Of a stretch of DNA of 64,000 nt, positions 27,701 through 36,682 are shown piece by piece (the first letter of the stretch is position 1; the number at the start of each line of letters is the position of its first letter). The notes below the pieces were generated by a model. It was not told the DNA's origin, made no database searches, and saw nothing but the letters and a program-made list of their open reading frames with translations. The stretch covers positions 32,001-96,000 of the IMG/VR virus record IMGVR_UViG_3300045988_168232; one strand, 5' to 3'. The stretch is from a virus. Made by a program: the position numbers and the translations under genes.

Positions 27701-30700
27701 GCAATGGCTGGTTATGATATTGAAGCTATCAATGCAGCCATTGCGCCAATTGCAGACTTAGCCCTTATCGGAGATTCTGATTTGGGTGAGACAGCTGATA
27801 AGATGACCAACATTATGACAACATTTCAAATTTCCCCCAACAGAATGAGGGAAGCTGCAAATATCATGGCTACAACTGCAACCAGATCAAATACAGACCT
27901 GATGATGTTGGCTGAATCAGCCAAATACGGTGGTGGTGTTGCGAACATGTATGGCAGAAATGACCCAAATCTTTTTGGGGATACGATGGCTTTGTTTGGA
28001 GTTATGGGTAATGCTGGTATCCAAGCATCTTCAGCAGGTACTGCGTTAAGAATGATGTATATGAACTTGTTTAATCCCAACAATAAACAGAAAGCGCTTC
28101 TTGATATGCTTGAAAGCACATACAATATCAAACGCTTTAAAGATAACGGAGAATATCGTGCAATGTCTGATATTTTGATAGACATGGCACAGAGAATACC
28201 CGAAAACAAAATGGCTGATGTTGTTGGCAAATTGTTCCGTATCACAGCACAACCTGGAGCAAATGCAACTTTAATTGCGGCAGCTGGAGGGGAATTGAAC
28301 AACGAGCAAGAAATCGTGTCTGGCTTCAATAGCGTTGGAGACAAGATACTTAAAGAAGGTCTTGGACCACTGATTTCATTGATGAAAGCAAATCGTGAGT
28401 CTATAAATGGAAATATTTCCGGAGATATAGCTGGCTCCAAACAGAACACGCTCAAGGGATTGTGGGCACAGGTTACATCCACTTTTGAAGAAGGGGTTCT
28501 TGTTACTCTTGAAAACCGGCAGGGTGAATTTGAAAACATGCTCAAACAGTTAAGTGAATATTTTGCAAAGCCTGAAACCATACAAATGATGCAAAATCTC
28601 ATTGACATGATTGTTGATATAGGTAAGGTTATGGCTGGATTTGTGAAGATATGGGCAGAATTGTATAATATGGCCCCTGGATTGATAAAATTATGGGTAA
28701 CTACGCAAATGCTCTTTACACAAATAGGAACATTGATCTCTCCAATCATATCATTAATAGGTGTTTTCAATAGACTTGGTGGGGTTATTGCAAAGCTTTC
28801 AGGAGTGTCTATGGTCGGAAGCATAGCACTTGGAAAAACAACATCTGGCAGAATGATTACAAATTCCGCTTTGCTTGGAGCACCGTTTGCTGTTGGTGGG
28901 TCTAATGTTATTCGAGGAAACGCAGCTGTAAGAGCAAATAGAGAATTGGCATCCAATGCTGTATTGGCTGGAGAACTTGCACTTAGTGGGGCTTCAAAAA
29001 GAGATACACTTGATGCTCTTAATAATGAAACACGACAGCATTATGCTGAAGTGCGCAAACGTGCAAACAGAATATATGGTACGGCACGAGCTGGAAGAGC
29101 CTTTAGAGCAGCTGCAACAGCTGTACCTACAATGGCTGCATTTGCTCCAATGATGACAGGAGTTAAGAGTATGTTTGTCGGTCTTCTTACTTCATTGGCA
29201 AAAGCTATAGGATTTCTTGTAAATCCGATAACATTGGTTGTAGGAGCATTAGGTGCTCTTGGATTTGGTGTATACAAATTGTTCCAGTTCGTAAATGGCA
29301 ATACTGAATCTCAAATATTGGCTCAGCAAGAAATGGCTAAACGTTCTGCTGAAGCAACTAGTGCTATGATTAACAATAGTCAATGGTATAAAGAGCAATT
29401 GAATAAATTTAAGAATCCGGCACAGCAACTTGAATCAGTTGGAAAGTCCAGGAAACAACTTGAATATGAAGAAAATGCTAATAGATTCAAAAGTGAAAAC
29501 GCTGATATATTTGCAGATTTGTCTAAGAATGCGAGTTATAAGGGAATAGATCAGCAAGTTTCAAGTTGGCGTGAAAGATTTAATAATAACCCTCTTTATA
29601 AATTTGCCATAGGAAAAGACTATGATAAATTTGTTGGAGATGGATTGACTAAAGACAATTCTCAGTTACAATACACTGGCACTGATGCGGATGGTGGTAT
29701 AGCTTTATATAATCTATTATTTGGGGCAAAGAATAAAGCGAAATTTGTTCAAAATAATCAGATTCAGGCGGCGTTAAGAACAGCTGGTGCCAATCATCCG
29801 ATTATACAGAATGCCAATGAGCAAATTGCTAATCTACGTCAACAATTTTTTGATGGAACTATCAATGAAGATGAGTATTATAAGCAAGCATATAAAATTC
29901 GTGATAGTATTGTAAATCTGAATAACCCTAAACTTCGTTCATCTGCCGGAATGACACTTGAACAGTTTAATGGTATTTCAGACCCAAGTATCTATCGTGA
30001 GTATGCAATAGGTCAGTATAATATTATCAATTCTTTTATTAATGGTGAGTATGGGTCATTAGTTGGAAAGATTAATGCTTATAAAGAACTTAGAGATGGA
30101 ATTGAAGCTTATTCAAATAAATGGTGGAATGCAATAAGTAATGTTATTGGCGATTTTCCCTTAATGTGGAATGCCATTTCTACTGATGGGAAACAATCTG
30201 CTAAAATTGAATTGTCATTATCCATGCTTCCTGACGGAAAGATAGATCATAACAATATAGTTAAACAGATAGAGGAAAAAGTTGGTGCGTTCAATAAGAA
30301 CATACAAGACTTTGCAAACATGTATGCTAAAGTTTATATGATGATGGCTGAAGCAGGTCTTGTTCCAAAGGATAAAGAAAACGCTCAGAAATGGACATTA
30401 CAACAGCTACAGAATCAGCAGATTTCAGCTGAAGATGCTGCATCATTCTATCATAATAATGTTTCAGATAGTTCTGTTTTGAAGAAATATGGAGTAACTG
30501 TTGAGGAATATCAGAAATATATAGCTAATCCAAATGGGAAATTGACAATTAATGGCAAAGCCTATTCTGCGGTCAACGATGTAAAATATATACGTAAAAC
30601 TTTAGCAAACCAAGCTGTTGATAAAATATTGGGTGGGGTACCTGAATTTAATGGAAATGGACCACTTTTACTAGGGGGACAAAACAATGGAAATGACAAT

Positions 30701-30964
30701 GTGAATGCTCAAACGAATAAGACTACAACGCCTAATGTTACAAATCAAAATGAGTATGCTTCAAAATATGAGCGTTCGTCTGCCAAACCTACACAAATAA
30801 ACATCCATATTAATGAGCTGGCTCACTTTGACCGCACAACAGTAGCTTCAAGTGCTGAAGAACGAGATTTGGTTGAATCAATGGAGTCTAAAATCGCTGA
30901 AGCTGTATATAGAATATTTGCTGAAGCCTCTAACCATGCGCAAAGTACTATTGATTTAACATAA
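24728..30964 (+). CDS. tail tape measure protein
   Basis: 2078 aa. Long coiled-coil-like Lys/Gln/Ala-rich N-terminal half, a central Gly/Ala/Met-rich hydrophobic region, and the expected position after the chaperone. Confidence 0.85.
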   Translation: MADYKDYIVRYDIQADVTKAAEGLQSIANIAKEFEVPMRELSAAIKQVSQSAFQLKQNANISFTPKIDVGAFNNQLRNMVVQVRSAATEMHAAIFEALSGNAPATKAMQKGIGTALKSNKSISDLKSDIAAYNKELDKLLGTPITKKGKTIRNRDGAIQMAKNAKMDDRVIELESRKQMLQKLIKQRRADLALAEQLEKEISSKQVKTDSKAKSPAKETTVLGTQPAKLTNVTPAVIREWKKVFGDAKSKSLTVNIKGNAGGANGALTIIKQIQSSLEALQTMGTFNINPVLNIEAFAAAETQLKRLAALSSSVTAPFIAKDENAQGAKLGSPTTSLTKDEKNKLSEAKRQIKTWNEKIAGVQSRLHANKEKYEQAPTPGLKGQITRDTKTLEKYQVNRAAQEDVVKSLQGKTATAVQSATKGVKPLSIDIIGNLKGVNVTGKTPVVPIIGELTKIQGKITETIPVNVKIMADQVAASIKSIPTPTLNVNVRLNTEGIAQQLQTVAAKPKSVTKPETKTETVPVKGIGAKSKTQFPKSTTLITGDIDTKNIVNQIKNIPRQMIPIAVKLMWEKGAVGRQEQLKNLATKIPPVTIALDTKAAIAKFEEFIALIKSNSIQNIQITASGNTSNAITKAVTSASASSTSVIAGGNNNVTAKNKSLTAQDRYAKLKENAVKNAEKAKAGGKQMVLKGQEVRAKEQAWYAQQQAMYNRLFEAVPKPDYGWLQRQETQRASELLKMREDATAAFANPTPFERKEAASHKETVSSSITRHQQKAERLRAQAYNSMLPFAQNKEQANMMAKHRKYFRQAVTTTGITPTQGMDASQMLKYLQGVSSQMQSSSVAVPWQLQNQINKLEGQIAKSKGIMSGGSTHRTSVTPVNSQKTFFDQSRKWAYPFTGQTSFGARTPMAVDMAKGAGVMFAVGGAMSAISGAFNEAVEYQNTMRTTQSILKHGTDSYTKDSFKNMERTVRDVGVKTKFSSSEVADAAKFLAMAGYDIEAINAAIAPIADLALIGDSDLGETADKMTNIMTTFQISPNRMREAANIMATTATRSNTDLMMLAESAKYGGGVANMYGRNDPNLFGDTMALFGVMGNAGIQASSAGTALRMMYMNLFNPNNKQKALLDMLESTYNIKRFKDNGEYRAMSDILIDMAQRIPENKMADVVGKLFRITAQPGANATLIAAAGGELNNEQEIVSGFNSVGDKILKEGLGPLISLMKANRESINGNISGDIAGSKQNTLKGLWAQVTSTFEEGVLVTLENRQGEFENMLKQLSEYFAKPETIQMMQNLIDMIVDIGKVMAGFVKIWAELYNMAPGLIKLWVTTQMLFTQIGTLISPIISLIGVFNRLGGVIAKLSGVSMVGSIALGKTTSGRMITNSALLGAPFAVGGSNVIRGNAAVRANRELASNAVLAGELALSGASKRDTLDALNNETRQHYAEVRKRANRIYGTARAGRAFRAAATAVPTMAAFAPMMTGVKSMFVGLLTSLAKAIGFLVNPITLVVGALGALGFGVYKLFQFVNGNTESQILAQQEMAKRSAEATSAMINNSQWYKEQLNKFKNPAQQLESVGKSRKQLEYEENANRFKSENADIFADLSKNASYKGIDQQVSSWRERFNNNPLYKFAIGKDYDKFVGDGLTKDNSQLQYTGTDADGGIALYNLLFGAKNKAKFVQNNQIQAALRTAGANHPIIQNANEQIANLRQQFFDGTINEDEYYKQAYKIRDSIVNLNNPKLRSSAGMTLEQFNGISDPSIYREYAIGQYNIINSFINGEYGSLVGKINAYKELRDGIEAYSNKWWNAISNVIGDFPLMWNAISTDGKQSAKIELSLSMLPDGKIDHNNIVKQIEEKVGAFNKNIQDFANMYAKVYMMMAEAGLVPKDKENAQKWTLQQLQNQQISAEDAASFYHNNVSDSSVLKKYGVTVEEYQKYIANPNGKLTINGKAYSAVNDVKYIRKTLANQAVDKILGGVPEFNGNGPLLLGGQNNGNDNVNAQTNKTTTPNVTNQNEYASKYERSSAKPTQINIHINELAHFDRTTVASSAEERDLVESMESKIAEAVYRIFAEASNHAQSTIDLT

Positions 30965-31034
30965 AAATAAGTCTCCGATTACTAATAATTGATTGGAAAA
31001 GGGGGCTTTTCAAATTTACAAACTATTATAAGAC

Positions 31035-32111
31035 ATGAGTAGCTTAAATAATCTTGCAATTACAGCCACAAACAGCGCAATGACCTCGGCTATGGGGGCG
31101 ATGTTTAATACTTTGCAAAGTAAAATAGCAAATGGTGGCAGGGATAGGAACTGTAAGTTCTACTATAATGACGGCGCCGGTGGTTCTATTTTACAAGTAG
31201 CCGTTAAAGGTGCTGTGGGAGGCGCTGTGTCCGCACTTAAAAATGAAGCGGTAAACGCATTTAACTCATTATTAAATGGGAAACGTACCAAAAGTAATAT
31301 AGGATCAGCATGGATAGAATCTGAACTTAAAAAACAGGAAGAAGAAGCCAAGGAATATGGCATGATGCAAGTTGATGGTGGAACTATTTACGCACTTGAC
31401 GACTGGGGATGCAAATCTCCAGAAGCCTTGATGCTTGGTATTGAATTGGATCAAAGTATCACAGTGACTCAAAAATTTCCAGTATATCGTACACAAGTGA
31501 TTGATGCAAAAAATGGCATATATAAAGAACAAGAACCTAATACGATTAATAATGTGGTGACTACTAAAACTTTAGTGTGGTATGATACAACAGCTCTTAT
31601 AACAATCAATTCAGATAAAAACTTAATTGCTACACGTGTTCAGGGGCGTGACTATAGTAGAAAGGAGTTAGTTTCTAATGGTGATATTAAATTCTCTGTT
31701 AGTGGGCAAATCACAAGTGGGAAACCTGATATTTATCCATCTGAGGAGGTAAAGAAATTTATCAAAGTTATGCAATACAAAGGCATTATCAAAATAAACA
31801 ATCAGATACTTGACCAATTTGGCATTAGTCATATTGTAATAACAAATTTCAATATGCCACCAAGACAAGGATATAAGGCTCTTCAACAATACTCTTTTTC
31901 AGCTATAGGATTACAACCTGAAAAAGATATTGAGATTTCAGAAGATACGATATCAATCATACCTCAAAAAGCTGTGGCTGACAAAGAGGATGATGGTAGT
32001 GAATGGATGAAGATGTTAAATAACCAATTAGAAGGACTGAAGTCTATGGCTGCTGACGTATTTAGTCAGGGGGCGGGACTTGCAGCTGGAATGTTGGAAA
32101 ATAAATTATAA
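31035..32111 (+). CDS. hypothetical tail/baseplate protein
   Basis: 358 aa, first gene after the tape measure. Called on position only. Confidence 0.45.
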   Translation: MSSLNNLAITATNSAMTSAMGAMFNTLQSKIANGGRDRNCKFYYNDGAGGSILQVAVKGAVGGAVSALKNEAVNAFNSLLNGKRTKSNIGSAWIESELKKQEEEAKEYGMMQVDGGTIYALDDWGCKSPEALMLGIELDQSITVTQKFPVYRTQVIDAKNGIYKEQEPNTINNVVTTKTLVWYDTTALITINSDKNLIATRVQGRDYSRKELVSNGDIKFSVSGQITSGKPDIYPSEEVKKFIKVMQYKGIIKINNQILDQFGISHIVITNFNMPPRQGYKALQQYSFSAIGLQPEKDIEISEDTISIIPQKAVADKEDDGSEWMKMLNNQLEGLKSMAADVFSQGAGLAAGMLENKL

Positions 32112-32114
32112 CTT

Positions 32115-33764
32115 ATGGCAACAGATTCAACATCATTAAGAACACAACGTCCTGATATAGTTCAAAAAATAGACTATACTTTAACACCTCAATATTATGA
32201 GCATAAAGCGTATGAGGATAAGTTGGCGATACTTGTTTGTCAAATTAAGATATGGAAAGCCAATGGCACAGATTGGTTTTCCATTCCTTCCGCAAATCAA
32301 TGTTTGACTATCCGGGAATGTGAAAGTATTGAAATATCAGATTCATCCAAGGAATTGATAAATAAAGCTACTGTCAGGTTTCCAAGAGGTACAGTAATTA
32401 GTCTGTCAAGTAAAAAAGATAAAAGTGTCAAAAGTGGGAGTAAAGAGGATTCAACTGAAAAAACGAATAATCTAAAAGACACTAATAATGATGGTGATGT
32501 CACAAGCACATCTACAGCACAATTTAGCGATGATGGAGTTTCAACCACTTCTATGGCTGTTAACTATGATGATAAGGGGTTAATAGATTTTAATCGCTCA
32601 AAAACAGAAAAAGCATTGTTAAGTCCTAATGATGTTGCTGTTGGAAATCGCATTGAAATTAGGCTTGGGTATGCTTATTCTGAAACTGAGTTCAATAAAA
32701 TGAATGTGGCAGATAATGACCCGAATATGAATGTAGCCTTTACTGGATTTATCACAGCTATTTCTGTAGATACTCCACTGGAATTGGAATGCACTAATAT
32801 GGCACATGTCTTAACTGCGGTTAGCACACCTAACATTTCAGAAAAGGCAACTTTATTTGTTAAAGATTTTTTGGATGATAACGGAAAATATCATCTTCTA
32901 AAAGGAACTGGCATACCATTAGCTAATTCCAGCAAAAATTCAATTATCTCAGTAAGTGGCGGATCCATCAGTAATAATTTAACTGTTGCAGATGTCCTTT
33001 CTGAATGGAATAAAAGTGGAGTACTATGTATTATGGAAACCAAATCTGATGGCAGTGTACAACTTCGAGTTGGATTAACATATTATGCAGGAAAAGGCGG
33101 TGGAAAATTACCTAATAATGATAAAAAGTACATCACATATAATGGTGGAAACAATTCTGTCATGCTTATTCAGTTTGACTGGGATGTGGCGCAAGATAAA
33201 TTGAGTTTAAAAAGAAATGACAAAAAGTATCTTGCGGTTGAAGCACAAGGGCGGACAAAGGATAACCAATTTTTTAAACTCACGATACGGAAGAATCCAA
33301 ATCCAGATGATGAAGGGTGGATGATAGACTTTGACGGTCAATTTCAAGTAATCAATCGTCGTAAAGTTAAAAACAGAAAAAAGATGAAATATGTCAATGG
33401 CACATTTAGCACCAAGATGATTGAGGGACACTTGACAGATCCGGTAAAGTTAGATAAATACAATGTTATTCACTATCTATCTACAAAAATTGGCATTACT
33501 GAAGAAGAATTGATTGAAGAGGCAAAACAATATTGGGCCAATTACAATCCTAACGGTATATCAGGTTCCTTAGTGATTTTTGGAGATTTGTTTATTAAAC
33601 CAACTGATATAGTCGGGCTTGTTGATGTTCGTCAACCAGAAAAGAATGGGTATTATTACGTCGAATCTGTCAATACTACATTCGGTATAAATGGATATAG
33701 ACGTGAACTTAAAATACCATTCAAAATAGCCTCATTTGCAAAACCAGTTCAAATCATAAAATAA
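32115..33764 (+). CDS. baseplate hub candidate (gpD-like position)
   Basis: 549 aa, at the position and size of P2 gpD / Mu gp44-type hub proteins. No motif verified. Confidence 0.4.
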   Translation: MATDSTSLRTQRPDIVQKIDYTLTPQYYEHKAYEDKLAILVCQIKIWKANGTDWFSIPSANQCLTIRECESIEISDSSKELINKATVRFPRGTVISLSSKKDKSVKSGSKEDSTEKTNNLKDTNNDGDVTSTSTAQFSDDGVSTTSMAVNYDDKGLIDFNRSKTEKALLSPNDVAVGNRIEIRLGYAYSETEFNKMNVADNDPNMNVAFTGFITAISVDTPLELECTNMAHVLTAVSTPNISEKATLFVKDFLDDNGKYHLLKGTGIPLANSSKNSIISVSGGSISNNLTVADVLSEWNKSGVLCIMETKSDGSVQLRVGLTYYAGKGGGKLPNNDKKYITYNGGNNSVMLIQFDWDVAQDKLSLKRNDKKYLAVEAQGRTKDNQFFKLTIRKNPNPDDEGWMIDFDGQFQVINRRKVKNRKKMKYVNGTFSTKMIEGHLTDPVKLDKYNVIHYLSTKIGITEEELIEEAKQYWANYNPNGISGSLVIFGDLFIKPTDIVGLVDVRQPEKNGYYYVESVNTTFGINGYRRELKIPFKIASFAKPVQIIK

Positions 33765-33771
33765 AATAGAT

Positions 33772-34656
33772 ATGTCTCTTACAGGTGAAATAAATAAGAT
33801 TTCAGGCGGTGTACGTAGATCCATAGAAAAAATGGCTAAAAACGGCATGGTCAGCTCTGACGGTTCAGTGCGTGGCACAAAAAAAATATTTGGTTATGTA
33901 TGTGCTATCCATGAAGATGGGGATTTAGCCGGGACTATTGATGTACAAGAATTTAATTATGAGCCGGATGAGTATCAAACAATGGGTACCGGCCATCATA
34001 AGGGAGTGTTGTTATCTGCTATTCAAGATAATAAAGACGGAATACAAATTGTGCCAATGTTGTATTCAGAAGTTGTTATTGTTCAAAACCCGACTGATGG
34101 ATGTGAATACGTGCTAATGTATAGCCATGCTCGCCATATCAAAATAAAGGCCTCGTCATTGGAGGATTTGGATGATGGTGAAATAGAAATAGGCGTGACA
34201 GAAGTCAAAAGTTTTGTTGAAACAGATGATGGGCTGGAAAAGGATTATTACGAATTGGAATCAACAAGGCACAAAACAAGTACAACCTACAAATCACAAT
34301 CTATAATAGACCATATTGTTTCTCCCGATGATGAAAAAGGTTTTAAGCAAGAAAAAACAGTTGAACATAAAATCATTACGGTTGGAGATACAAAAATTAC
34401 TATTGATGGTGAGAATATCATTATTGAAACAAGTAAGCTGGTAAACATCAAAACCGATATAGCAAAGGTGGAAACAAACGGTTGTGAGATTAAAGGTAAT
34501 GATGTTAAGGTAGATGGGAAAACTGTTACTATCACTGGAGGAACATTGAAGATAAAAGGAGTAAGCAATACAGATTTGAATGGCCCATTCAATGCCATAA
34601 AAGCCTGCCCTTTCAGTGGTGCACCACATTGCGGCTCTTCAGTTAGTGGAACTTAA
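33772..34656 (+). CDS. baseplate spike candidate (gpV-like)
   Basis: 294 aa. C-terminal beta-helix-like repeats (KITIDGENIIIETSKLVNIKTD, VKVDGKTVTITGGTLKIKG) and a Cys/His-containing tip. Confidence 0.45.
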   Translation: MSLTGEINKISGGVRRSIEKMAKNGMVSSDGSVRGTKKIFGYVCAIHEDGDLAGTIDVQEFNYEPDEYQTMGTGHHKGVLLSAIQDNKDGIQIVPMLYSEVVIVQNPTDGCEYVLMYSHARHIKIKASSLEDLDDGEIEIGVTEVKSFVETDDGLEKDYYELESTRHKTSTTYKSQSIIDHIVSPDDEKGFKQEKTVEHKIITVGDTKITIDGENIIIETSKLVNIKTDIAKVETNGCEIKGNDVKVDGKTVTITGGTLKIKGVSNTDLNGPFNAIKACPFSGAPHCGSSVSGT

Positions 34657-34666
34657 TTTTTGAATT

Positions 34667-35242
34667 ATGAGTAAGACAGCTTTTGCACAAACAATAATCA
34701 GTAAACTTAAAGCTACTATAGGAACTGATGGTGGCAGCTATACTTCCGGAAGTGCGTTATCCGCAATGGCTGCTGTAGCACAAGGGATTACAGAATATTT
34801 AATAGCAAATACAACCGTCACGATTACGTATGCCGGAATCGTATCGGCAACTGTGCCATACCCGGACCCGATAATTGCAGACACTTTTAAAATTGTAGGA
34901 ACTTGCACTCCACCCAGTCTGGCAAATAGTTTTGATAGTTGGATAAAACAAATCGAAACAAATATTATAACCGGATTTCAATTAGCCCCATCAGGAAATG
35001 TAGGGGTTGTGTTTGCGCAAAAACCTTTTTTAAATGTTGGAATTAAAACCATGCAAGAGAATCTAAAATCCGTACATGATGTTTCGGATAAGGACCCACA
35101 ATTAAAAGTATGGGAAGTCATTTGCGGTGGAATTATGGATTGGATTAATAGTGTCGCATTAAATAGTATTGCCGGGCCTGCATCACGACCAACCGCACCA
35201 TCGGTAGGAACGGCATCAATCACTAAAATCACAATTACTTAG
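34667..35242 (+). CDS. hypothetical baseplate protein
   Basis: 191-aa ORF in the baseplate block. Confidence 0.4.
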   Translation: MSKTAFAQTIISKLKATIGTDGGSYTSGSALSAMAAVAQGITEYLIANTTVTITYAGIVSATVPYPDPIIADTFKIVGTCTPPSLANSFDSWIKQIETNIITGFQLAPSGNVGVVFAQKPFLNVGIKTMQENLKSVHDVSDKDPQLKVWEVICGGIMDWINSVALNSIAGPASRPTAPSVGTASITKITIT

Positions 35243-35287
35243 AATGATGTTGCGGTGTACTATTATAAAATATAAGATATAATTAAT

Positions 35288-36670
35288 ATGGTAAGGGACT
35301 TGATTTTAGATATGAAAGAGCGTGATTTGTTAACCGAAGACAAATCCAATACCGCTGAACCGGTATTTGACTCTTTATGGGGGAATCTATTTGATGAAGA
35401 TGAGGCCATAGATGTTTTGATTTGCAATATAATCATTCCCGAAGCGTATTGGAGCATTGTTGGATATGAAAACGGAGAAATGACTTGTCGCTTTACATCC
35501 GTATATGTTCCGGATACAAGACATTTCAGAGTCCGTTTAGTTGGATTGAAAAATGGTCAATACGGTGTCTTTGATAATATTCGGGGCGAATTTGGAATTC
35601 CAGTAAACAGTTATGCCCTCAGTAAAAATATCGCAGCACCGATATCAGCCTGTATGTTGCCATACATTGATATTGATGGCGAGTTTATTGTAAAGATGGT
35701 TCAGAATTATAAATCTGAAATTTTGGACAAGGCGTATATTTACTCATCCAAAAGCACTGATATCAGCATAAACTATAGTGATGACCAAGCTTCTCAGTTA
35801 TTAACACTGTGCGCACCCGGTAAAAGCTATCGTTATCCAACTACCGGTGTGGGCATTACAAAATATCTTAATTGTATAGTTGCTCATTCAGATTTACATA
35901 AAGTACTTGAAATACAATTTGATGCAGATAATAAACCTATTCAAGATGCTGATTTTGATAATGAAACCTGCAAACTTGATGTTCTTTTTAGCCCTGAAAA
36001 AGAGGTGGCAGATATAGGATTGGAGGATTTGGAAAATTTGAATCTTGATTTCTTCAGTATGTTTACCGATGAATATGTACGTAGAAATATAGTATTGACA
36101 GAATTATCCGATACTAATTTCATGGAATTGCTAGATAGATATTCAAACGTACTTAATATAATACTTTTTCAAGACTGTACAACCACATCAACCCGTATTG
36201 CAAATAAGATTGAACCAGGTCAATTTAATGGAGTCGGAGACGTCATTCCCAGTAACGAATACTTTATAGTTGCAGCAACATTGGAGGCAAATACCATTAT
36301 CATGTTTGATGATGAAAAAGAGGATGAGATTAAAGATGCTCCCTTATTTATCATTAATGATAATGATGAAACACGTTTATATACAGCATTGGTCGAACAA
36401 CCATATTGGATTACTGAAACGTGTCATAAGTGTTTTATACTAAAACGCAGGTCCACTATCAAATACATGATTAAACAAGAACAATTTAGAATTGGCAAGG
36501 GGCTATATATGGTGCCTCAAACAAGTGCGAATATTAAAAATATGCTTGGATTAATACAAGACGTTAATACTGGACGATTACTTGGAATTGTTTCTAACAG
36601 CACCAATATTAGTGACATAACATTGGATGAGATAACTCAACATATATATGCAACTCAAATAATTCAATAA
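35288..36670 (+). CDS. hypothetical baseplate/fibre-module protein
   Basis: 460-aa ORF preceded by an ACTATTATAAAA motif. Confidence 0.4.
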   Translation: MVRDLILDMKERDLLTEDKSNTAEPVFDSLWGNLFDEDEAIDVLICNIIIPEAYWSIVGYENGEMTCRFTSVYVPDTRHFRVRLVGLKNGQYGVFDNIRGEFGIPVNSYALSKNIAAPISACMLPYIDIDGEFIVKMVQNYKSEILDKAYIYSSKSTDISINYSDDQASQLLTLCAPGKSYRYPTTGVGITKYLNCIVAHSDLHKVLEIQFDADNKPIQDADFDNETCKLDVLFSPEKEVADIGLEDLENLNLDFFSMFTDEYVRRNIVLTELSDTNFMELLDRYSNVLNIILFQDCTTTSTRIANKIEPGQFNGVGDVIPSNEYFIVAATLEANTIIMFDDEKEDEIKDAPLFIINDNDETRLYTALVEQPYWITETCHKCFILKRRSTIKYMIKQEQFRIGKGLYMVPQTSANIKNMLGLIQDVNTGRLLGIVSNSTNISDITLDEITQHIYATQIIQ

Positions 36671-36682
36671 TATCATTTTATC

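Noticed and set aside
27826-28956. 376-aa ORF on the minus strand inside the tape measure gene
   Set aside because: It is entirely antisense to a very well supported 2078-aa CDS. Its composition is low-complexity (Pro/Ser/Ile/Ala-rich) and it has no upstream intergenic space. This is typical of a shadow ORF.
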